A DNA stretch of 64,000 bases from Lophium mytilinum (lineage: Eukaryota). A program made the translations under genes and the position numbers. The stretch spans positions 317,834-381,833 of the forward strand of contig MU004189.1 of the NCBI GenBank assembly GCA_010093605.1, in the 5' to 3' direction. This document shows, piece after piece, positions 25,346 through 36,174 of the stretch; within the stretch, counting starts at the first letter, position 1; each line of letters starts with the position of its first letter. The notes under the pieces are model-generated. The model worked only from the letters and a program-made list of their open reading frames with translations. It was not told the DNA's origin and did not search any database.

Positions 25346-25565
25346 ACCAGCGGGCCGACCGACATGATGGGCACTGGTGGACCCGACCCCTGATATCGAA
25401 ACATCGCAACAACACCGCCTACATATTGAATCCCCACCACACAACCAGCCTCACCGCGCTCGCTGTTGCACCGTCCTGCACTCCTCCAATCCCCATGCTA
25501 TTGGCGACCCCGACGACGGGTACCGGCTTGCCCTCGACGAGGTAGTTGCGGAGCCTGCGCCTTTG

Positions 25566-28562
25566 ATGGCCTCGTACGCCCTCCCACTGAATAGTGGCAG
25601 CACCGCACACAATCATGGCCACTCGCATTCACACAGTCGCCCAGCGATTTCCGAGCGGCCTCCCTCCTGGATTGGTCAGCTCAACGGCGGAGCCTTGAAG
25701 AAGACGCCGTCAAATACAAGCCTGCATAGCCATAGCCATTCTCATTCACACCTGGACCACCAATTGACCCACGATATGGGCACCAGCGACCACCAGCACT
25801 CTCACAGCCACTCTACTCCCGTGGATAAAGTCCTGGCACTCAACCCCTTCGTGAAAGGGCGACCTCGAGGGGAGTCTGATCTCGGGCGAGCCCCGCCTCG
25901 AATAAACAATACCTCGAAAGGATATGCCTTCGAGACTATACAAGAGGCGCCAGTGCCAGCAGGAACGTAAGAATATGCTCAAATCCAAACAATACGCTCA
26001 GTTCCGCTAACTATATATAGTTTGTGGCCCAAACCAGAAGAGCTCCTAACGGCGCTGCTCATACCTCTCCCATACCTTCTTGCCTCACTGGCGTACCCTA
26101 CCACCGTGGCAGTGCCTCCTACTACTTTCCCGGCGCTTGCAAACTCCCTAGGCGAGCCCGAATCAGCAGATGCTACATTACTAGGGACACAATTAGGATC
26201 GACTCAGTCTCCATTTGTTCTTGCATGCACGCTATCCTCGACAACATTGATACTGGTCGGCATAGTGTCCAAACTACGCTCTTTAGCGGACCCTCTGGAT
26301 CGCCGGAAGGGCTCCTTGGGCGGTTCTGATGGTCCAGGGAAGAGTCAAGACCATTTCTGGAGTCCCGCAGGTCTTCGGCGACTGGGCGGCAGGATACTCA
26401 GTGTCCTCCTGCCATTTTACGGCGCAATGCACCTAGGAGGCGTAAAGGTTGCCATCGTGTTGTTGGCAGTCGCTGCAACTGGCATTGGCAGTTTTGATAC
26501 GCGCCCAATGAAGCACTCGTTTCTGGACAGCTGGAAGAGGACATTTCGGACCAGGAAACTTACATGCGGAGTTCTGCTGCTAGGTCTAGTGGCAGATGTC
26601 CTAGATGCTTCAGTAAGCTCCAGCACGTCGCTTCTAGGTTACTTGGCCCTCGTGTTGTCCGTCTTGACGATCCCTCCTCCATTCCCGACCACAGGCTGGT
26701 CCCTGCTCACGAAATTCAAAGGAGCACCTACTTCGTCGACATCTGGTGCAGGCGCTCCGTCCGCCCCGCGGCTCTCTCTGGCGAAGCCAGTTTCGCCTTT
26801 AGTCTCGTCGGTCGAGGATACCCATCTTACTTTGCTTGCAGGTTTGATTCTAAGCGGCATGACCATGATCTCTGCGATTGCTTTATCTGCTGCCCCGTCG
26901 ATTTCATTATCTGCAATGACGTTTTCGACTCTTTCTGTAGCATCAGCGACGGCTCTTGTTTTCTTATCTATTCCATCTTCTTTACGGACGCAACGAAAGC
27001 CCGGCGTGGCACTTGGCTTTATTTTGATAGCAGCTTTTGGCTATCTGCAAAGCTCTGGCATTTGGAGGTCAACTCCCCGTATTGCCGTTTTCTGTACTTT
27101 ATGTTACGCGGCCGTTACATCTGACACATCAGCGTCTGTTATCCCACACGATGCGGGTCACCACCAGGATCACGATCATAAACATCAACACAATCATCCC
27201 TTGCATGGAAACCACTCGAGAATAACCGGCCTTCTCCTCAGAAAATGCACTCCGGGGTCTATCCTACATAGTGTTCTCATGGAGAGAGACTCTCGGCGGA
27301 TTGCATACTTTGCAGTGTAAGTTCCTCAGCATGCTTTGCCAGACTGTGCTAAACAACACTACACAGGCTCAATCTCGGTTTCATGCTCGTACAGTTCTTC
27401 TACGGTTTCGTCAGCGGTTCGCTGGGTCTCCTAACCGACAGTATACACATGTTGTTCGACTGTGCGGGTCTGGCCGTTGGTTTAGCAGCCGCTGTCATGA
27501 GCAAGTGGCGGCCGAGTGTGCGCTTTCCGTATGGCTTTGGCAAGATCGATACCATCTCTGGCTTTGCCAATGGCATATTTCTCATGTAAGTCTAAGCCTC
27601 TCAGATATAGTGACTGTGGCTGACCCAATGCCAGGCTTGTGAGCGTAGAGATTGTGTTCGATGCTTTCGAGAGACTTTGGGACGGGTCTGAGCTCCATCG
27701 TCTAAACGAGCTGCTCGTCGTCAGCGTGCTCGGCTTCTTGGTCAACCTGGTAGGCCTAACAGCGTTTGGACATGCTCACCACGGCCACGATCACGGAGGG
27801 CACGACCACGGCGGCCATGGCCATTCCCATGACAACGAGAACATGCAAGGCATATTCCTTCACATCATGGCTGACGCCTTGGGCTCCGTCGCAGTCATAA
27901 TCTCGACTCTTCTAACCAAGTACTACGGATGGTCAGGCTGGGACCCCATTGCATCGTGCGCCATCGCCGTCCTCATCTTCCTCTCGGCAATGCCTCTTGT
28001 CAAGAGCTCCGGCTTGCGCCTCCTCCTCTCTCTTTCCGCAGACGTAGAGTACGGTATCCGCAACACCCTCCAAGAGCTCAGCTCCCTCCGAGGCGTGGTT
28101 GGCTACACAGTCCCCCGATTCTGGCTCGAAGACGCCGGTGCCGCACATGCTGAATCGCACGCGCACGACCACAAGCATGATCATGATCACGATCACGACC
28201 ATGCGCACAATCATCCCCATGAAGAGCCTACCCCTACGCATACACACGGTGCTGATTGCGACCACGGCCACTCGCATGAGGAGTCGCCGCACGACCACGA
28301 CCACGACCACGACCACGATCACGGGCACGGGCACGACCATGGGCACGACCACGCCCACGACGACCACGCCCATGCGCATCGCCCCGCCCAGCCAAAGATC
28401 CTAGGCGTGATCCACATCATCGCGTCCCGCATCGCCGATCCCGAGGACGTCCGCGAACGCACGGTGCAGTTCCTCAAAGGGCGCGGCATGGACGTCGTTG
28501 TGCATGTTGAGCGCGAGGGCGACGGGCGGTGCTGGTGCGGTGGAGGGAATAAGATCGGGTGA
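25566..28562 (+). CDS. msc2: Cation diffusion facilitator Zn transporter, Msc2/Cis4-like, 4 exons
   Basis: MASYALP start; [65 protein letters not shown] and WDPIAS motifs; His-rich loops. Confidence 0.93.
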
Positions 28563-29781
28563 GCTGCGTATAGTAAACCGGCGGATAGGCCGGCTGCTTC
28601 CGAGTTGAACGGGCGATGTTGGATGTTCTCGAAGCTCGGCGAACTGGAGGGCAGAGCTCGGGGTTGGAGCGAGCGGGGGAGGTTCGGATGGGTGTAGTTC
28701 GGAAAGGAGAGGGAAGAGGCCAGATTCGCGGCTTCGATCGGAGCGTTCAGATGCAGTGGAGTGGCTTCGAGATGGTGTGGCGTGTCACCCCATCCAAGGG
28801 GCTGCTGTCACGCTTGCTGCCGGCCGGGTAAACCACGAGATGTTGCGTCTTGTCGAGATTTCCGGTTTCTGGTTCCCGAGTGTGAGGTTTTGTACTGTAT
28901 ATATAGGCAGCCGGCTGCGACTACTATGGATCTATTAGAACTGTATTACTGTTGCTGGTTGGTACGAAGTGATGTATCGTCGGATCGACTGAATGGGGGT
29001 TCCCTCCCTGGTAGACGGACTAATCGATCACGGTACAAAGGTTAGCGTAGCTTGCCGACACTCCCGTCTAATGACTCCACTCCACAACACGCTTCTATTT
29101 GTGGATAGAAGGCTAGGGTTGTCGATGATTGGGTCTGGGCCGTGTGCCTGCATGGCTTTAGTGGGAACTGTGTGTTCTCTCAGTGCTCATATTGTAGGTT
29201 CGAACTACTATGATTCTAGAGATGCCCAGTTGTAGATGCGGTTAGCTAGCCGCAGCTCCACTCTCCACGATGAAGGCATAAGCTATGAATGAACCTAAGT
29301 TTCGACGTATCTAGAATCCGAATTCGAGTCCGTTCCCAACCACCCTCGTTTCTGTTCATGAGACAGACCCATTGCGTTCCCTGCCGTACTCCCCGCTATT
29401 CTTCTTTGTCAGTCCCCCTCCTTGCGCACCTCTCCGCGGGAACCATTATGTGATCGATTTCCCGACTTCTTCCTTCCATACGGTTGGTGGGTCGACTTAC
29501 CGCACCCCCAGAAACGAAGATGTTGGGGAAGCGGCGTTGCGTTGGGGTGCTGTGATCGGCGTGTGCAACGGGTGACCCCGCAGTAGGAAGGCAGCGGAAA
29601 GGTAGCGCTTGAGGGGTGGTGGTGGTGGCGCCACGGGGTACAGGGGAGCGGGGATGACTCCGTGATTGGAACGCAGGCAGAGTACGGATATGGTTTAATT
29701 GGGTGAGAGGTGTGGTTGGTAAGGTTAGCAGGTTCTTGGTGCTCGAGAAGGGGCGTTGAAGAGGGCCTTAGTGAAGGAAGT

Positions 29782-29948
29782 TTTGAGGAAGGTTCTGGAG
29801 AGGGGTGTAAGAGTCGGAACGGTCGGATGCAGAATATCAGTTCAAGCAATCAGAGTGGAGGTTTGAGGAAGATTCTGGAGAGGGGTGTAGAGTCGCCGCG
29901 GTCGGATGCAGAATATCAGTTCATGAAGTCGAAGTGGAGATTTGAGGA
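29782..29948. repeat. About 80-bp imperfect tandem duplication
   Basis: TTTGAGGA recurs at 29782, 29862 and 29941. TTCTGGAGAGGGGTGTA and CGGTCGGATGCAGAATATCAGTTCA each occur twice. Confidence 0.9.
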
Positions 29949-30391
29949 TATTGAATCGTTCATTAAGCTCTTCGCTCTATAGATAGTGTTACAATACAGA
30001 TTTCGCTTTGCCCATTACAGCTCAGCCGTCACTGCGCCCGTAAGCTGCTTGGGTATCATGTGGTAGATAAATCTCGTAGCATGTGTCGTGAAATACGCCT
30101 AAAGCCTCCGATACGCCTAGTTTCCAAGAAGTTGGTAATACAGTTGCTTAGAAGAGAAAGACATTGCCAGTGCTTCGAAACTTGCGGCCAAGTGAAACCG
30201 GAAGAGAGACGCAGTGTTAGGAGATCCCCTCCTATAGGTGAGCTCCAAATGTCGATATTGCAGTTGTTGCAACGGTGTTGTACCTCCGCTAGACTGTTGA
30301 GAGGTGGGAAAAGACAGGCTACCATGATGCTCTGCTCGGATCGTAGCTTCCGTGCAAGGAATGAAACGATGTGGTCGTGTCGGCATCATAT

Positions 30392-30950
30392 TCAGGGGGA
30401 CTCGTGCTCGAAGTGCTCCGCGATGCTTTCAGCAATCTCGCGGTCTACGCTGCTCCTGCGTCTCCGCTGCCTCCGCATCTCCATCTCGGCATCCATCAGC
30501 CGGCCCTGGATCCAGACGCGGAACTTGTCGTCCTGCTTGACCGAATCCGTGTTGAGGAGCTCGGTCAGCGTAGCTTTGATCTGCTGGTTGATTTCGTAAA
30601 GCGAGTGGCCCTCGTCGGACTGGCCGTCGGTGCACATGCTGCGGTTGAAGGCGGCGCTGGAAGGGGTTGGGTGCGCGGACATGGGAGACGAGGAGTAGGT
30701 CTCGTTGGTGAAGGAGCTGCGAGAGACGTTGGGTGAAGATGAGAAAGAATCGGGAGTGTGGGCGGTCAGGGGAGTTGAAGAGGGGAGTTGGAGGGATAGA
30801 CGGCGACGAAGGATTTCTTGATGGTTGGAAAGACGCATGTAGTTTTGCATAGGGTCGTCCTTGAGGCTGAGTTAGTCATGATGCATTAAGAGAGATAGAT
30901 TGCAATTGAGGACTCACCATGGAAAGATTGGTTCTTGTTGGAAACGACAT
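30392..30950 (-). CDS. Small conserved-type fungal hypothetical protein (exons 30950-30918, 30859-30392)
   Basis: C-terminal helical region LYEINQQIKATLTELLN..FRVWIQGRLMDAE..RRQRRRRS, with strong codon bias. GTGAGT donor and CTAAC branch point; the AAG acceptor gives in-frame MSFPTRTNLSM/DDPMQNY. Confidence 0.75.
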
Positions 30951-32867
30951 AGTATGTTGAGGATTCTTATGGACTTGTATGGGTGATTGAGTGTGTTGGT
31001 GAGCGATGCCGTGTCAGTGTCCTCAGGCGTTGGGTGCGGGGTGCATGCAGCTTTGATATACTCTCAAACTGGCACAGGCTAACAGGCTTCTACGGTTGCA
31101 CAACCCGGTGCGGGGCGTCGAAATGTCTGGAACGTCTAGGGTTCAGCGTCGTTGTGTGGGTATTGGTGGGCCCAAAGTATAATGGGTGGGGCGAGCCAGT
31201 GAGGTGATATCAGGTTGGGTTGATGGTGGTGTGCTCGACGCGACACGTAGTAACTTGAAGCGTAAGAATGATGACAGAAGTTCGGGTTAAGCAGGGCAGC
31301 AGGGCAGTGGTGTCGGAAGAATTGGGGAGGACATGAAGGGTGCAAACAGCCTTTTATTGCTGCGACTCAGCATTGTTTCCCCGGATGACGTGAATGCATG
31401 GGAAATTAGGAGTTGCTGGCGGATTCAGCCCTGCGACCTGCTTGCTTCCTGTGCGCAAGAATAGCCTGCCCTAGCGGGTGGGTGCTGTGGAGGGCGCCGG
31501 TGGGTGCGCCATACAAAGGCCCCTTGGCCCCCAGAAATCCGGATCCTGCTTCTCGGAATGTATTCGTGAAGGTGATTGGCCGCAGAGGCCCATGACGAGC
31601 GATCCATGCCTCGCACGCCAACCCGAAACACCACCACGGTCCCATATCGCACCTGAGCTCGCTGAAAACGTCACAAGCCGTCGTCACGATCCTCAATGCA
31701 GCACTTCAGCCTGTGCGCGCTTGCAAATTCTCCCGATCCTGTCGCACCCGTCAAAGACCCGTGGCCACGGCCGACAGCTGCAGGAACACCCGTCCGATGC
31801 TGCACTGCGCAAGCTTCATCGCCAGGAGTCTCACGCGGCGACCTAGCCTCCGCTCATCAGACCAGCTCGCCAGCCTCATCGGACGCCCGTCAACCATGTT
31901 GATCACGATGGCGGTCGGAGCAGCAGTCAGACTCTCGTAGTGACCTTCTGCAGCGGCCGACGAGTCGCAGTCCTAGAGCCTCTTGGAGGTCCCAGTTTTC
32001 GACGTCATGGTAACCAGGAGCGAGGCGAGAACCGCATTGCAAAGATACCACCTCTTGGCCTCCCATCCAGATCGCCGATTGCTACTTTCGGACTGCGATT
32101 GCGTTGGTTGAAGCGTACCCAACCTACGTCGTCACATCGTTGGCCTCAACAAACGTCCTAGTGGTGTTGCTGTGGCGTCCACCTGCGAGAGACAAACTTC
32201 CAGGTTTTTTTAGCCCCGAATGTGGCTGTTCCAACTTCTCCAGCCCCATCCCGTTTGCCTTTCTTTGTTCAAGCCAGGTTTCAGTGTGCAACTCCAGCCA
32301 TGGCCCGTGGCGATCGGCCCTCTGACGTGTGGCGGAGGGAATTGGTGCCTGGGTATGATGCCATGCATGTGTGTGCTCAACTTCTGAAACAAGCAAGGCG
32401 AGGATATCCAAGCGTGCCCAGTTCCAGTTACATACATCAAATCGGGCCAATAATGGTGGAAAGAATGATCACTCCACGTGGAATTATATTCTCCTATCGT
32501 TAGCCGACCGGAGCGGAAGTCAGTGGACGTAATCCTGACATCAACTCTCGAGCTGCCAATCATCCTTCTACTTTCTGTGCTACAAGCAGAGGGACTTGTA
32601 AGCGATGCAGCAGGGCGGAACTTCAGGAGAGCCGGAAGCCGAGAAAAGTGTGTGATACATGTAATTTGTAACCTGCGGCCTTGGTATCATCCGTTCTGGG
32701 TGAGCTTTTTAAACGATATCACTTCTCCCGGCTTAGGCGCCGTTTTCCGAAGTGAAGATGCAGGATCCCGGGGAATCAGTCGTACACAGTTGGACATTTC
32801 CAGAGCTAGATCTAGACGTGGGGTAGCATGCTGCATTCCCTTCATTTATTAGTGTAGTCTTTCATTT

Positions 32868-34600
32868 CATCCAGAATCTTAAGGCTTCAAATTGAGCCTC
32901 TACTAAAAGGATATATAGAAGCCTTCGAAGTACCTCGCTTTCGAAGTTAAGTCCACCTAGTTACAAGTTCTTATGGAATCAACTGCGCGAACTCTTTTCC
33001 ATAGACGCGGCGTGACATGTTCATCCTAAATCTCAAGGTTTCAAATCAAGCGTCCGCCAAAAGGATTAACAAACGCTACTGAAGCACCTCCACCAGGATT
33101 TCAGCGCACTCAGTTGCAAGTTCTCACGAAATCAACGACGCACAACTCTTTTCTTAGACGCCGCGTGGCATGCTATCCTGAATCTCAAGGCTTCAAATCA
33201 AGCGTCCGCCAAAAGGATTAACAAACGCTACTGAAGCACCTCCACCAGGATTTCAGCGCACTCAGTTGCAAGTTCTCACGAAATCAACGACGCACAACTC
33301 TTTTCTTAGACGCCGCGTGGCATGCTATCCTAAATCTTGAGTCTTCAAATCTAGCCTCCGCTAAAAGCATATACAAGAGCTGTCGAAGCACCCTTTAAAA
33401 ACTAAGCCCCCCTTAGTTGCAAGTTCTCACAAAATCAACCGTTCAAAACTCTTACAGACGCCCCAAATCTCGAAGCTTTAAATCAAGCCTCTGCCAAAAC
33501 AATTGCCAAACACTATTAAAGCACCTCCCCTGGAAGATTAAGCCCACCTAATCGTAAGTTTTCACGAAATCAACCGCGCGAGCCCTTCCCAGTGGACGTT
33601 GGCCGGGGAGGGGGGGCAACGCGGCGTAGTTACTTCTTACTATATAACCACGGCATCTAAATTACGCCTGCGTTCCTGTTATCTCTAAAATCTTCTAAAA
33701 TACCCCTAATAAAGCCTAAGTATATCCAGATAAAAGTTCTTACAAAACCAACCACAATGTTAAATGCAGGTAGTTCTAGACGCGGCGTTCTATGTCTTGT
33801 AGCCACTTCTTTTAACAGAGGTAACGGGCTGAAGATCTAAGCCTTAGTAAAAGGTTGTTACTCTAGTTAAAAGTCACGGAGGTGCCCCCGCAAAGAGGTT
33901 AGCTTTGGTAGTTGTAAGATTTTACATATTCAACCGGGTAAAAGGGCTTTTAGTATTCGCAACCTGTACGCGAGTGCACGCAAAGGGGCATGCAGAGGGC
34001 TACGACTTGTAGTTACTGCTTGCAATAAAAGCAACGGGCTGAAGATCTCGGTTATAGTAGACGGGTATTAGGACGGCGAAACATTTCTAAGGTCGTCCTG
34101 TAGAAACGCTAGTTTACCTAGTTGTGAGTTCTCTTGGATTCAACCGTGTAAAGGTATTTTGATAGGCAGGGAGCACACGCGCTGTAGGTACTTCTTTTTA
34201 TATAAGTAACGGCCTATAGATTAGGCTCGTGATAAAAGGAGATTCTGGCGGCAAAGAATTGCTAACAGGGCTTCGGCGATGATATTAACTTGACTAGTTC
34301 CATGTTTTAACAGATCTTACTGTGTTGAAGGGTTTTTGATAGACGCGGCGTGCACGTACAGGGTAACGCGGTGTAATTGCTCCATGTGATAGAAGCAACT
34401 GTCTGCAGACAAAGACTATAGCCGGAAGGGTTTGGCGTGGAGTAGAGTTGCCGAAGCATCCCTAGGCAGGAGATATGGTCAATATGTCACAAGTTCTTAT
34501 GGAATTGACCGTATGGAAGGTAATTAGATAGACGCAGAGGGGGACACGGAGCCTACATCTCGTAGCTGTATTCTAGCACATAAGCAACAGCGCATATCCG
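32868..34600. repeat. Degenerate tandem array, about 10 units (about 150-154 bp at left, about 135-210 bp at right)
   Basis: Core AGTTGCAAGTTCTCACGAAATCAAC recurs near 32958, 33112, 33264, 33414, 33549, 33730, 33909, 34119, 34295 and 34486. Units 33024-33175 and 33176-33327 are nearly identical. Confidence 0.9.
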
Positions 34601-34846
34601 GGTTGATCGTAAAGCACTTGTAGAGATATAGCGAACATTCTTCACCTGCTACAGTCATGCGGCCTCTCCACCTTTATCATCTGCCTGAACCTCTTCCGCC
34701 ATGATACACCCGTCTAAACATTGTTCGCAGCGCCTCATTCCTCACAGCTGCATACGTCTGCTCCCTGCCCGCCTTAATCCTCATGGCAGCCCCCACTAGC
34801 TCTCCTACACCATTCCGAATGGGTCCCACCTCCTCTTCTCTTATGG

Positions 34847-35266
34847 CTAACTATCATAGTCAAATCCATATTCGTCTTCGCGCCAAGGTTGCCCATTGCG
34901 TTCTGGACGTCTTCTTCTATGGCCATGTCGGGGGACACGAAAGAACGGAGGGAACGGTGGAAAATGTGGCGGCCGTGGCTTTGGAGGGGGTTGAGCAGTG
35001 TCTCCAACGATGAGGATATTCTGAGGGTTCGGTTGGCGAAAACGATCGAGGGCACGTTCACGGAGACGGAGATGCAGGGAAGTAAGGCTTGGATCAAGAG
35101 GAGGGTATGTGGGGAGTTGGGGTAGACGAGGGAAAGGAGGAATATCAAATCTGGGAGGTTTGGTAGGTCGATAAAGGAGGAGAAGAGAGGGTATGAGGAG
35201 GGAGAAGAAGACGAAGGTGGAGAGGGCTTGGATGAGGGCGATGGTGGTGGGGGTGAGGGTAGACAT
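34847..35266 (-). CDS. Possible orphan protein with N-terminal hydrophobic anchor and Pro-rich tail (139 aa)
   Basis: MSTLTPTTIALIQALSTFVFFSLLIPSLLLLY followed by a Pro/Arg-rich region. No family recognised, and another frame is also open here. Confidence 0.35.
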   Translation of the reverse strand: MSTLTPTTIALIQALSTFVFFSLLIPSLLLLYRPTKPPRFDIPPFPRLPQLPTYPPLDPSLTSLHLRLRERALDRFRQPNPQNILIVGDTAQPPPKPRPPHFPPFPPFFRVPRHGHRRRRPERNGQPWREDEYGFDYDS

Positions 35267-35502
35267 GACGACGTTGAAGACAATAGTGTAAATCTGGATA
35301 ACATCTTTCATTTATAGGATTGAGCGGCTTGAGTTTTGGTCTTGGTAGACGGAGGCCCGTCAGAAAATGAGACGTATGAGGTGGCAGTTTGATAGTATCA
35401 AGCAGAAAAGTCGACGTCGTGGTCGAACGTCTCATTTGGTAGCTTTACAAGCGTTCGCAAACGCAGTAGTTTCGTTGGTAGGTCCGTTCCTTCGGTGCAA
35501 CT

Positions 35503-36174
35503 TCAATCATCGCCTTTCCGCTCTTCCCAAAACCCCTTGCCATAGCTCACAAGAATCTCCTCTCCGCTCTTGATACCCCTTGCCCTTGTTCCCTTCCCGC
35601 TCTTCCCTGCACTCAACACATAAACCGCTATGACTTTTTCTACCGCGCCCCCTCCCACGTCCAACCACACCTCTCTAAACTCGGCGTTTGGCCCCAGCCC
35701 TACACCGCGGTAGTCATTGATGAAGCGCGCCTCATTCCCCATTTTGGTGGCGTCCACGCCGATGGCTAGCTCGCGGTGGAGAGAAAGATCATAGTCTGAC
35801 GCTGGGTCTTCGTCGGCTTTGCCGTGGGCGTAGCCGAGGTAGGGTAGGATGAGAGTGTCTGGCTGGAGGTTTCGCGTAGCGAAGAGCCCATGTTGGTTAT
35901 GTGCAGGGTGAGTGGGAGAAGAGATGGGGGTAATGCGGACATTCGAGTAGGGAGCCGCTGATTTGATAGTCGTAGTGGCGGAGGTCGTTGCGGGTGTGTT
36001 GAGAGCTGTCAAGACTTCAGGGGTTAATTGTTTGGAGTAAGCTGGTCGCCCGATGTAGGTGGTGTCTGAAGGCCATCCTTTTGGTAAGACAGCGGTACTG
36101 GAAGTCTTGCTCGACTTGAAGCCCCTCTTTGAGACTTTTGAGTCTTTCTTCGAAGTAGATGTTTTAGGCCCCAT
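35503..36174 (-). CDS. Small stand-alone SET-domain protein
   Basis: HGLFATRNL, DATKMGNEARFINDY and IKSGEEILVSYGKGFW motifs; intronless, 223 aa. Confidence 0.88.
   Translation of the reverse strand: MGPKTSTSKKDSKVSKRGFKSSKTSSTAVLPKGWPSDTTYIGRPAYSKQLTPEVLTALNTPATTSATTTIKSAAPYSNVRITPISSPTHPAHNQHGLFATRNLQPDTLILPYLGYAHGKADEDPASDYDLSLHRELAIGVDATKMGNEARFINDYRGVGLGPNAEFREVWLDVGGGAVEKVIAVYVLSAGKSGKGTRARGIKSGEEILVSYGKGFWEERKGDD

Noticed and set aside
32868..34600. CRISPR-like appearance of recurring conserved cores
   Set aside because: Eukaryotic context, homologous rather than unique spacers, long period, and no cas genes.
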